Source: Phoronis australis
Taxonomy: Eukaryota; Animalia; Phoronida
Assembly (NCBI GenBank): GCA_002633005.1
Contig: NMRA01000027.1
Location: forward strand, 1,105,788 to 1,169,787
Direction of reading: 5' to 3'
DNA: 64,000 bases
Shown here: piece by piece, positions 1 through 11,634 of the stretch
Layout: the number at the start of each line of letters is the position of its first letter
How positions within the stretch are numbered: the first letter of the stretch is position 1
Notes under the pieces: model-generated
Seen by the model: only the letters and a program-made list of their open reading frames with translations
Databases searched by the model: none
Told to the model about the DNA's origin: nothing
Translations under genes and position numbers: made by a program

Positions 1-859
1 GAGTGTGGTCAAACTCCGAACGCTTGCATAGAAAGTTTGCTACATAATATGGCGCCTCAGGTGAGACCGATTATTGCGAATTATGCTCATTATTTCACTA
101 TACTTCGCAGACGTTGAACATGTTCACCTGCGTAGCAGACGGTAGCTGTGCTGTCGTTTTAACCCAGTTGTGGTCACGTGCTGACCCATTTTTCCTGTTT
201 GATCAGTGCACTCCCATAATAAACAACTTAACTGACGGTCACGTAGACAAGGACTACCAGCAGTTCCGAATTTCAGTTCAAAATTATTTCGAGATAACAG
301 AATGTACTCCTGGTCTGAATGGTCAAAAAGCATAAAAATGTATAATCAATCACGAAATCGGGTTCAACTATTCAGTTGCCATGCACTGTGACGAGAGTAC
401 TCGAAAGACGGGGATCTCGATAACCCGGCAATTACACTCACCAAAATATAAAGAATTTATCAACTTTTCGCGGTTTATGGGAATTCTTCAAAATCCCGAG
501 AGCTTACAACCTAAAGCGCATTGAGAGGGTTGGCAAAACCAATGTCACATTTCTCTGACCTGGTTATTTCGAATGCATCTTTTATATAGTGCACTGTAGT
601 CGATAACTCAGTGCGGCAGAGATTGTGGCTGAAAGTGGAGGTGTAGACGCCAGCGCGGTTCCTAAAGTTTGCGAACATGAGAAGAAAAGAAAGTGACAAA
701 GTGTTCAAGTATTACATTTTGAAGTTAATCGATGACCCGTTACAATAATTTGTTACTGGTATCATAATTCACATTGCTAAACCGCGGTCTCTGAGGCCGT
801 CGTTGCACTCAATGTTATCATCGATCTTAATCTAAAAGGTCGGGGATTCGCGTTTCCTA

Positions 860-1053
860 TTAGCACAGGGCGGTAATCACCAATCGTCAAAAGTAGGGGA
901 TGGGCGCTTAACCGAGAGGTGGGCGCTTCATTGGAAATCTTCAAAAATAGCAGGGGGCGGTTAACCGAGCAGTGGGCGGTTAAATCGAAAATCCACCTAA
1001 AGTAGGGGTGGGCGGTTAACTGAGCATGGGCGTTAACCCGAACGATTACGGTA
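860..1053. mobile_element. End of a non-autonomous DNA transposon with subterminal repeats; the other terminus was not found and is probably outside the window
   Basis: Cluster of GGGCGGTTAA/GGGCGCTTA-type repeats ending in AACGATTACGGTA (reverse complement TACCGTAATCGTT). The same (A)TTACGGTA word recurs at ~13817 and ~18631. Confidence 0.5.
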
Positions 1054-2058
1054 GTCCTAATTCCCATAAGTCTTCAAGTGCTTTATTAATCAGTGGTTGG
1101 TAAACTTATCTTGCTGGAGACCCCCTAGTGGGTGCCGTTTTTCATCATTGGTCTTCCAAATATAAACTTAAATTGAACAATTTATGAAACGTGATCAAAA
1201 GGACAGGTCATACTGCATGCTGATCATGAGAGTTGACATTAGGTAGACTTCCACTTGAGACTGTGTTACTTGCAAAAAACTTGTTTTGTTGCAAGTGATG
1301 CACACACATTAAGTTGGCTTCACCGAGTGTTATAACTGATGTTGATATAGTTGCTGGAACGATTCTAGACCTGTGTATTAGACGCAAATCATGCTTGTTC
1401 CTATGGAAATTCGACTTACGGTACGCATTATCTGCAAAACGTACCCAGGTGACCGGTTTTGTTTCTGTTTAAAATGTGTGATTGAAGTATCAGTGAGTTT
1501 ATAGTTGGAATAGAAGAAAGAGAAGACTAAATTTGGTTTTTGCAAAAAAAATCTAAAATTACTTTCATTTAATCATCAATTTGAATCGAAAATAACTCAT
1601 GTCAGCACACCTGCAGACTTGGTCATCAGTCATTTTCCATTCATATGAACATCTAGCGAATCACGAAGCCACTTCTTTTGATACTGACTCTGATCTCAGA
1701 AACATGTTATGTGATTGGGATTGCTCATTCGTTGGACTGCAGCTATCTCCGGCAAACATCATAGTTTGTTATTGTCAGAATTGTAAAGCATGGGATTTAG
1801 ATTTTTTTGAAGCGAATTTTAAGCCTCGGGGCGGCAGAATTTAACTGTTTTGGCACGTTTTTCTGGGATATGGCAAAGTTCTGAATGTTAATGAGGCAAC
1901 AGCAAATTTTGCAAAACTCCTTCAACATGCGCTGATGGCCATTTAGACTATTGTTGGCATTCCGTTAATGAAGGGAAGAGCACGTCATGTCAATCTTGTG
2001 AATGCTGGTTAAGATAAAGATGTACCCTTAATAGCTGAAATTTGGAAGATTAAAAATC

Positions 2059-2820
2059 AGGTGGGCATACTGTTTACTTGTCTCTGTGTAACAGCTATGG
2101 ATCTGAAGTAGATGCATGCTTAAGCTACAATGATTAATGTTGTCTATACATTTATTTGTATTAAAGGCCTCTGGTCAAAGTGTAATAAACAAAAATGAAA
2201 TTAAATAGGCACATTTGCACAAGCAGTCAACCCATTTAAGAGTTTTTCTGGTCTTTTAAGGGCAGAATACACATAATCAACTACAGATATATCTGGATTA
2301 GCAAGCAGGCGTATACAGGATTCTTGAGTTGGATGCCTCCATTGAACTTTCTTCATAAAACATTACCTAAGTTCACAACATCCCTCGCAAATCAACAGGA
2401 AGTGGTATTCATCCTCTACAACACCATCATTGCAAATCAAAGTAACATGAGGAGGCAGTGTGGCCTGGTTGATAAGTGCCCGCTTTCTTTACTCGAGGTC
2501 GTGGGTTCGGGTCCCATCAGGTCACATTGCTAAACCCTTGAGCCAGGTTTCTAGCTCCTCAGCTCAGTTTTAACCAAAAAAAATAAAGCATAAAAATATT
2601 TCCAGGTGATCAGTGCAATGGGCCCACATGCGAGGCCTGCGCACGTCTGATACAACGTGTATCAGACCGCCTGCAATTATTTTTTTTATATTAAATCAAA
2701 GTAACATAGTCTGTTATAATAAAGAATTAGGTGGGCATACTGTTTAGTGGTCTCTGTGTAACAACAATGGATCTGAAGTAGATAAATGCTTAAGCTACAT
2801 TGATTGATGTTCAAATACAA
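2059..2820 (+). repeat. Diverged ~90-bp direct repeat pair (about 2059-2150 and 2729-2820)
   Basis: Both copies read AGGTGGGCATACTGTTTA..TCTCTGTGTAACA..ATGGATCTGAAGTAGAT..ATGCTTAAGCTACA. Confidence 0.75.
2449..2692 (+). mobile_element. tRNA-derived SINE, copy 1
   Basis: A-box-like TGGCCTGGTTG, B-box-like GGTTCGGGTCC, 3' hairpin GTCTGATACA-ACG-TGTATCAGAC and a T-rich tail. A 15-bp TSD AAATCAAAGTAACAT is at 2434-2448 and 2693-2707. Near-identical copies are at 21.7 and 24.6 kb. Confidence 0.9.
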
Positions 2821-3485
2821 TAGTCTGCTGACTATGTTGTGGGTGACGATCATATTCATAGTCTTGCGTTTTCTAACTTGAGTCAGATTGTTTTATAAAT
2901 TGAGTGGGATTAGCTCTAAATCTGACTTGAATGAAAATTAACCATGTGACAATGAAGTTGTCTTAACAATAACAGAAAATGAGATTGGTTACTTAACACA
3001 CACTGTCAGTTTGCTCACCGACTAAGAGACTGGTTTTAAACATTGAGGCTCACCACTAAAATCTGTAAATTTTCTTGAAAAATCAAATATACCAGTAGGA
3101 CTTACTATTAATAATTAGTCACACACATAACATTCTTGTAAATCGTCTATTCAGTCATCATCAAGTTGAATAGAAAGTTGTCTGCCATGTGCTCAATAGG
3201 GCCTTACTGACCAAGTTGTCATTTATTTCGAGATTCAAACAAATAAGCATATAATACCTGTTATTCAGTGAATGAAACTTATTTTCACAAACTCATGGAC
3301 TCCCCTTGGTTTTGTATAATACTCAATTACCCCTGAGGCTTTCATCAGCCCCTGGAAGACCATATGGACTTGGATCACGATCAACCTTACTGGCCATCGC
3401 TTTGTAAACTGGTGATCAACATACTGTACTCTTACTAGTCCAGGCTGTGTGCACATAGTAACTTAACATGCTCCATGTCTTCCAG

Positions 3486-3635
3486 GTGCTGGTCTCTTCT
3501 ACTTATTTGATTGGCTGGGCATGGAACCCCTCTGGTCCAATGAGAAGGCACAGAAGTGGTGCTCCAATCCTGATTGGCTACACAAGGAAACAACATTATT
3601 CTATGCACTGGTCAGAGACTGTGCATGTGTCCTAG
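3486..3635 (+). CDS. G6PC: Glucose-6-phosphatase catalytic subunit family, penultimate coding exon
   Basis: TTCCAG acceptor, G|GTTTGT donor, 150 nt, phase 1-1. Translates xAGLFYLFDWLGMEPLWSNEKAQKWCSNPDWLHKETTLFYALVRDCACVL, which matches the G6PC segment [29 protein letters not shown] (recalled from the human protein). Confidence 0.9.
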   Translation: MLVSSTYLIGWAWNPSGPMRRHRSGAPILIGYTRKQHYSMHWSETVHVS

Positions 3636-3859
3636 GTTTGTAATACAGACATTTAATGAAACACCCACTTTGTTAGCAAGAAGGAAAGTTTTGACTGTCT
3701 AGGAAGTTAGCTACTATCTTGACCTCCTTCACACATATCATGCATTTGAACCAAAACTGTGGTCAGTGTCTGAGCTCTTCTATGACTGAACTTCACTTGG
3801 TGAATTCCTTGCATTGGCAATGATTGTGTATTGTGTGTTAATAATACTGGCTGTCCTGT

Positions 3860-4600
3860 TAAGGTTATATAGGACCTGAAAATGTCCAATTTTGACGAAC
3901 TTCCAATCGTCATTGCTCGGAAGTGATTTGGTCAGATTTGCATGAAACTTTCAAATAATATGCTTAATACATAGTTCTACGAAACAGTCTTAGGAATTGT
4001 TTTCAACATGTTATTTTTTGCATGAGAGGCTGTCAAAAATTGGACGTACATTATTTTGATGAAATAATTAAAGTTGCATCTAACTTCACAGCTTTTTTAA
4101 GATCTTATATTTAATTTGGCCCTGTTGTTTGCTATGAATGTACTTTTCTGTTATGCTAAATTTTTCTAAAAAGCAAGGTCACGTGATCTAATTAGTATCA
4201 GATTGTCATTAAATTGAAAACTGAATTCTAGAGACAGATTTCTACTTTCAGAAAATATATGCTTTGCTGGTATGATGAAGTGAAATTTTGCTTTGTCAAA
4301 ATTTCTCACCAAAAATAAAGATTAATAAATAGATTAGCTTTCTTTGCATTGTGTCGTTGTTTGTAGGCAAGGAGCGATTTTTTGTACACATTTTCTCCAT
4401 TTTCAAGGCTGACAAATAATTGAAATTGTTATTATACCAAGTGCTTCTTTATTTAGGACAGCTTTATTGTGCATACAGCGTTAAACTATCAGAAATAAAC
4501 ATGTGGCTAGACCTCATCATCAGTAAAAAGTCACTCTTGTAAAGATTCTTCAATATGGGAGAAAACTCCTAAAATTGACATACTATCCCCAGTGAAGATT
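3860..4600. mobile_element. Degenerate non-autonomous DNA transposon copy; related fragments at ~21540-21650, ~24510-24620 and ~56640-56880
   Basis: Shared core GGTCAC(G/A)..AATT..CAG..TTTCTA(C/T)TT(T)CAGAAA(A/G)TATAT in all four places. Starts TTAAGGTTAT. Boundaries are approximate. Confidence 0.45.
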
Positions 4601-5166
4601 TGTTCTTAATGTAAGTCCATGTTTCCATGGTAATGTGTTCTAAATAGGTGAAGAAGCACTGTTAGTAACCTTGGTAATACCAAGGTCACAAAATTATTAG
4701 TCATGGTTTATGTTGTAGACCAAGTGAATGCAGTGAGGTGTTTGCAAAGCTCTTCAATCATATGAGATTACCCTGCTCTTCACTTGTTTAGCTGAAGAAT
4801 TAACCACAAACTTGGCGGTCTAAGGAAGCTCATTTGCTATGTGCAGCACACTTTGCACGATTTGGGCTTGAAGGGGGTAACTGTCATAGTGGCGTAGAAT
4901 TTTGCATAGGTTTTAAATCATGGGTGTCCTTCACACGCAATGGGCCTTTTGAAATCGACATGCCAAGTTAGTGAAACTAGTTCTCTGTGAACCCTAAATC
5001 ATACAACTGTCTCAGTTGGCTAGTGGAAGTGAACACAGCTTAACAAAGGGCTTATAGTCGTGGATGAGAAGTAACTGTTTTATTACCCCCTATGGATTTT
5101 GAATAGCCAAGCTCCAAATGACATGCTCATTAACCCACCACTCTCTCTTTTTCTCTCCTGATTCAG

Positions 5167-5438
5167 GTCTTGGTCTGGCCTTGGAGTGTGCTCGTCGACT
5201 GCCTGGACAGGAGCCTCAGTCTTGTACCCTTCTAACCAACATATTAAAGGCTGGTCTCAGTATTACACTGTTCACCTGTTTAGACCACATCCCTCTCATC
5301 AAGCACCCAGCTGCCGTGTTCTACATCCTAGCATTCATCAAGTTTACACTTCTACCGTGGATAGTTGTTATCGCTGTACCAGTTTTGTTCAATTTAACAA
5401 GATGCAATAGCTGCAAATCATCCACAAAACGAAGTTGA
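5167..5438 (+). CDS. G6PC: Glucose-6-phosphatase catalytic subunit family, last coding exon
   Basis: Pyrimidine tract plus ATTCAG acceptor, phase-compatible with the 3486-3635 exon. Translates GLGLALECARR...HPAAVFYILAFIKFTLLPWIVVIAVPVLF...STKRS*, matching the G6PC C-terminal transmembrane segments (GLGLAL; VFYVLSFCKS..VP). Confidence 0.9.
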
Positions 5439-5651
5439 CAGCATTGAATTATGTTATGGTGTTATGGTTGGTCTACATACCTGTCTATTGTTATCTGGTT
5501 GCTTCAACACTTAAAGTCAATGTATTAATTTTGTTCTTTTACGTAGCTGGTCAACTCATTATCATTCATGTTACAACTCAGTTTTGATCAGAGATGTAGT
5601 CGCTTAGCATCTGGCTTGGTGATCTACTATTTCTTGTTTTCTGGTTGTTTT

Positions 5652-5657
5652 AATAAA
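5652..5657 (+). promoter_or_regulatory. Probable polyadenylation signal of the G6PC-family gene
   Basis: AATAAA about 215 nt after the stop codon, followed by GT/T-rich sequence. Confidence 0.5.
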
Positions 5658-6561
5658 TTTATATTGTTCTACTAATTGTTAGTTGTGATGGAAGCAACAC
5701 CTCTTCTATAAGTTATCAGAGTTGCCTCGAGATTACTCTTGATCAAAATCATGTATTTTTTGGATAAATATCCGAATTTTTGGGCTACACCAAAGTATTG
5801 TTGACAAAATATATCAACACAAACAAAGCTAATTTTTGTAAACTAGTGTGCACATCCAATGAGATGTTTGTCCAGGAGCTCTGAACTGAACAATCACAGT
5901 GTAGGGGCTATTTTCTTTTGCTGGGCCTATAATTGACTGTCAGTTTGCACACTTAATGAAAAGATCTTAATCAGTCTGGGCAAAGGCTCAGATTATTTTG
6001 AACATAAGTTTTACTAGTAAGATTTTTTCACAATAGAGTTAGGCCTAATTCATTGGCACTGTTAGATTAGTATTAGAAGTTAGATTACTGCACACAGCAA
6101 TATGTTGAAGCTGAATATGTGATGGTCAAATGTCAATCAAGCATTCAGTGCAAAAGAATTACCAAACCAGAAAGGTGGTGGACAAGCACTGCATATCAAA
6201 TATGTACAGGGATTGGATAAGGAAAAGTGCGTTTCAGGGTTTAAAAGCCCGCATTTGCTAGACTCCTTAGGACCAACTAGTGCCCTCCTACCCCCCCCCC
6301 CCTCCCGAGAAAGTCGTCAGAATAAACATGTCCACATGCACGCACCCAGTCTAAAAATTTTTGAGAACGTGGGCAGTTTACTAAGAATCACGGTACGCTC
6401 AGAGCTACTAATTGTGTATTCCTCGAATTTTGGTTTTTCATGCCTTTTTAGTGGACTTTTGTCTCGTTTTCCACCTTTTTCTCTGTGTTTTTTGTTTATT
6501 ACTCGAGGCGAACCTTTTTGCCCACTTCGGCAAATGGGATATAGATAAAGTAAGTTAATTG

Positions 6562-7337
6562 TGTCAGGTTTTTCCCCTTGGATAGGTGGGTGCAGGTTGT
6601 TACTGACCGGTGCTAATAGCTTTTGGTGCGACTGATGACTGATTCGAGTAAATTACTTTATTAATTAATGTCGACCATACGTTCTCAACTCTATTCAAAC
6701 AAAACTTCCGGTATAATGCCTGCTCTATGCTCCAGTCCGACAATGCTGCGAACCCTCGACTCATTGTGACGAACTTTTGAAACAGTTCCAGCAACTGCTA
6801 CTATCCGTCGTTGGTTCAATTGAACGCTGCTGTCTTTACAATGTAGCTGGCTCTCCCTCTCCCGCTCTCTCTCTCTCTATTGACCAACGCTTAACTGATG
6901 GTTCTCTTCAATGCAACTCGACTATACTGTACGTAACTGTATCTACAACTCCAACTGAAGTTAACTGTCACTAACCGTGCTTGCGTGTTTATAGTCTCTT
7001 AAAATGTTCTGTAACTTTTCAATTCAACTGAACACATTCTAGAACATTCCGGAACCTACCCAGTCATTTTACCGTCAAACCTACACTGGACTAGAATGTT
7101 CCATACTATGGTTCTAGATTGATCACTAATGAACTGGAATCTACTAGAATCTGTCAGGCCAGTGATGATTAAATTTGTTTACATTAGAATAATTGAGATT
7201 AATCTAATGTAAACAAATTCATTCATCACTAGCCTGACATCATGAGTTATGTCAATCAAGTGTTACCTGGTAGTAAACAAGTAGAGCAGTAAAATGAAAC
7301 TTATTAAACTAAGACCAGTGACATTCTACTCCTGACA
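6562..7337 (-). mobile_element. Probable solo LTR (Gypsy/BEL-like termini)
   Basis: Termini are TGTCAGG...CCTGACA (TG..CA with a 7-bp inverted repeat). On the minus strand a TATAAA (~6990) precedes an AATAAA (~6660). No matching TSD seen. Confidence 0.55.
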
Positions 7338-7687
7338 TAGACTAAAAATGTTTAAAACCGAATTCACCCATTTAAGTGGCTCAGAGCTTTGACAATCAGT
7401 AAGACGACTCTGCGAAGCGGATTTTTTGAGGGAATTTTCCGATCTGCATTCAAAATTGTCAAATGATTCTAATGATCTTAAATGACCTTTAGCAATTCAT
7501 GGAAAAGGCATTGGTTATTGCTGTTCAAACTATTTTTAAGTTTGTTTTTAGATATCATTGGTTATATATGAAGTGCCTCATTGACAAGTCATTTAGCCAA
7601 CCATATACAAAGCTACATGTTTTTCACTCAGGAAGCGGCAGCTTGTAGAACATGATTTTGGGATTTTACCAGTGTATCAGTTGTTCA

Positions 7688-8114
7688 TTAAAGTGGGTCA
7701 CGTGTCCATGATTTTAGTGAAAGTTAGCAAAAAACGAAAGGTATATTGGTGGTAAAACAACGGTATCAACAACGTCAATCGAATTTTATTTGATATAAGT
7801 GCACAAAGTGAGACCACGAACACTATGTTACTGTTTTCTGAAGTATTTTGATTTCGTTTTATGCAACTTTATGCAATTTTTCATGAAAATGGTAAAAAAT
7901 CCTATATTTGTAGCCCCTAATGCAAAAGTGGTTCTTTTAAAAAAACAATTCCTAACCGCGCGTTTTGGAGAACAGTGTTTGAAGCATAGTATCGGAATGT
8001 TTCATGTGAATCCAAACAGCCGTTTCTGAGATAAGATGTTCCAAAGTTGTCCAAATTTGGTCATTTTTCTAGGGTCCCAGGCAACATAACCGAACTATTT
8101 CACGGTTACTTTAA
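7688..8114. mobile_element. Possible TTAA-flanked non-autonomous DNA element (Kolobok-like)
   Basis: Ends read TTAA-AGT...ACT-TTAA; the terminal inverted repeat (TIR) is very short. Confidence 0.3.
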
Positions 8115-8999
8115 ATTATTGCCTGATACACTGGAATTCCACAAGTCTAAAGTATAAAAAAGCTTTTGAAATTTGATATCCAATGCAACTAGAATTACCT
8201 GTACGAACACGGCTTCCATGAGTTTGTGGAAAACATGGGATAACTTGGGCTATCACTTTGCGAGTAAGTCCAAAAACTGACGTGGCAGTGCACCAAAATC
8301 TCCAGTTCGGTTTTCCCAGTTTATCCACGTGGGAACCATAAGAGCGCTTGTGTGTATACGCACCATATACTTAAAAACATCTATGGATTTTTTCACATCC
8401 CTAATAGGGTGATAGCCCGCTCACACTTTCCAGCCGTATAAAACAATACTTTCCAGTCGAACAATTCCTACTCAGTTTATCAACTGATCAATGAATGCAA
8501 GGTGGTCAATTTTCTTGAGCAACTCGAACACAGGTTCCTCGGTTTCAGTTGCTTGGACATTGCTTATATGAGATCTTTCGTAATTAAAAGAAGTGCCCAA
8601 ATACACCACAGTTCATCCGGATGACACCTGCTGGTGAATTTCAGAGCAACATCCGTTCACTTCATTAATACATGCCAAGTATTAGAAGCCGTTAACTACT
8701 ACTTGTATACAGTGTAAGTTCATGTTAGGCTCATGGTGTGCTCTGCTTTCCAGACAGGCCACTTGATGGCTGTTGATAATTGTTTTAAAGGGACACTTTC
8801 CGAGTTGGGCACAGTTTCATGATAACGGGTTAGTAACCGCAATATACAAACTCAAATTGCAGAGCCGATGAGAGGTGAAATTAATTAACTTTGTTGATTC
8901 AGAGAATCTTGTGGGTATGACTGTTAGTTTCCAGAAGAAAACAAAATTCCAGTGATCAGTATAAGACAACACAGAGTAGGTCGGGTGAGAATTAAGCCG

Positions 9000-9709
9000 T
9001 TTTGTTGAACACTCAAGAGGACAAGCTTTGACAGAAGATGAAAGGCAGAATTCACAAGAAGTCGACTTCGTGAACGACCACGTCGACTTGGTGCCCCATT
9101 TCAGTCTGAGCAGGAATCTTTAACCTACTTTTCAAGCATATCGGTTCCAGGTTTCCGACGTCCCAGAGGCCCGGGTTCTTGGAAGGTTAGAGGACCGGAT
9201 TAGCCGCAAACGCGGCGGAGTGAGTATTTTGTCTTTACTCTTCAGGTATCGTCTGAGTGAGGGGACGTTGGAATCGGCACTTGCGACTTTGAGGTGTCGT
9301 CTCAGAGACGGAGGGGATTGTCCCTGGGGAAGGACAGTGAGTTTCCATCGGTCTCGAGACCGGCTGCCGAGGTAGCCGGGAAAAACACACGATTTTGCAA
9401 ACATAATTTTTCCGATGATGCCATGGGAATTTATTTTTGCCATCTGCAGAAATAAATTCAAGGTCAAAAGCTTCGGTTCGAGATTGTGAAAGTATAAATC
9501 GTTCACGTTTTGTCAGAGCATTACCGATATCTTGCGACAGAGATAGCAGGTGTGTTAAAACTGCCAACCCTTTGGCTTAAATGGGACACGCCAGTTTTAC
9601 AACCTATTGACCCTTATTGTTGTCGTATTGGGTTCGTCCACTTCATTGAGTGAAAAGCATGCGGGAAATTACAATTGGTGTTACGACGGTGAATACTGAA
9701 CAGGTGAGT
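9000..9709 (+). promoter_or_regulatory. CpG-enriched putative promoter and non-coding first exon of the large downstream gene, with splice donor at 9703/9704
   Basis: Visibly higher CpG/GC than the flanks, and a consensus donor CAG|GTGAGT. The transcription start cannot be determined. Confidence 0.4.
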
Positions 9710-11585
9710 GAAGTCTGTAATGTTTTGGCCATTTCACGCATTTGATGCGCATATTGAAACTTTCTTTAAGTATGAGTCTGCGCTGTGTGAATGAATATTC
9801 AAAATACAAGCTGGATAAATACCCAGACAGCTAAACTCAATAACTCCCGTGCCTCTCGCGTCCTCTCAAACTGTGTAGCGTGGAATGTTGTTATTGTCCG
9901 CTTTCATTCTTCATTATGTAGAAGGTACGGCGATTTTCCAACGGCCCAACGAAGGTTTCATCACACTGCTGAACAAAACGTGGAGGTTTCACTTAAACTA
10001 AGGTTAATTTTGTTGTATTCGGGGAAGTCTTGTAACTTGGTCAACGTAGACAATGAATGGCTGAATCATCACACATCATCTTCTCTTCTCCTGCTGTCCC
10101 CAGCGAATACCATGGCACATCCTGCTGGAAGCTGTTGTGATTTGCCCTGGCTAAATCATCAAAGTCACATGCATATTGCTATCTAATTATAGTATAGAGG
10201 AACAAAATCCTTCCAACTCGAACAATAACTCCACCGGAACCTCTCTCCGACAGGTGACTTCATTCACTACATGCAAAACTATTATGTAGGGTTGGCAGTT
10301 TACAATGTTGACTTACGGGATAACTGAAGAAGTTTTCATTGGTACGCTGGGTATGCTAATGATTTTGTTAACTGAATAAAAGAACTTGTGGGGAAAGCCA
10401 CATCATGATTGTCTGAGTAGTTGGAAGGATTGGAAGACATTGGCGGCTTCGAAAGGTAGCTTTCTATGCTCGAAAGATTTTTATAGCAATGTAATTTTGA
10501 TGGTTTGGGCAGCGAAGGGCATAGTTTGCTGAAATGCTTTCAGCATGTACGAGTATTGGGATGTGCCAGGTGTAGACAAGTAGCTTTTTATTGGTCAATG
10601 TCAGACAATAGATCTGTCCTGAATTAGCACAGCACCACTCTGAGTTCTAAGGCATTTACCCACAATGCAGCATAAAATATATTGGCCTGCTGCTTCTTCT
10701 AATGCACTGATCGCTGTCTCATTTCATTATTATTTAGTCTGTCATTGTCATACAGGCTAACTCATAGTATTGCGTTCTGAGTTGCCATGCTACCAATCAG
10801 AAATTGCCAAAAGGACAAATGTCAGTACTGGGTGTGCCTATTAATTACTTCCCAACTATCGATTCATTTCTCTTAAAGATGCCATATCTCATTAAAACCG
10901 TGAATATTTAAATTTGTAGCAAGCGCCACCTAGTGACTTCCTGGAGAACTGTATGAACAAGTATAATTAGGAAAAGAAACAATTTGTAAAAAATGCAGTT
11001 TTAAAGAAAACACTACAATACTTAGAAACAAGTATGAACATGTAAAAACCCTAGTAATGCCAAGCATTATGCAATAATTATTTAAATGTGAAATAAACAA
11101 GTAATAAAAAGTGTGCCTGGTTTCATTATGGTAACGAAATATTATCTTGCTCATTTACATAAAAATAGTCTCACAAAACTAGTCTTTCCCAAAATTGCAA
11201 TGGTAACTGGTTCTCGGATGGTTCCGGCACACTGGAGGACTCGGAGTTGCTTGTAAATTAGTACTTCATTTGCATATTCACAATTTAATGAGACTATGCA
11301 TCTTTAAATCTCTTTAAGGTACATGCAAGCAGGTGAGGAAGTATTCTCCACAACCTGATTTATTGTTGTGCTACGGGGATTTTCCAATAATAATAAGGGC
11401 CATCAATGACTGGAAGGGAAAGGTGCCTGCACCTTCTGAGGTGGGAATTTGTAGGAAGAAAGAAAGAATTCTCCGGTCACCGCCGATGGCATAGAGATTC
11501 ACACTTTGTACGAGAAAGACTCAACAACGACAATACTAGTGTCGAATTAAGTTATTGACGTACATTATGATGCTTTTCTTTACAG

Positions 11586-11634
11586 GTACCATGATGTCTC
11601 GCTAGTGTTTGGAAAAGGCATCTGACAGCTGATG
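11586..11634 (+). other. Putative 49-nt 5' UTR exon containing a uORF (ATG ATG TCT CGC TAG)
   Basis: Strong acceptor TTTTCTTTACAG and perfect donor ATG|GTAAGT. Confidence 0.55.
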
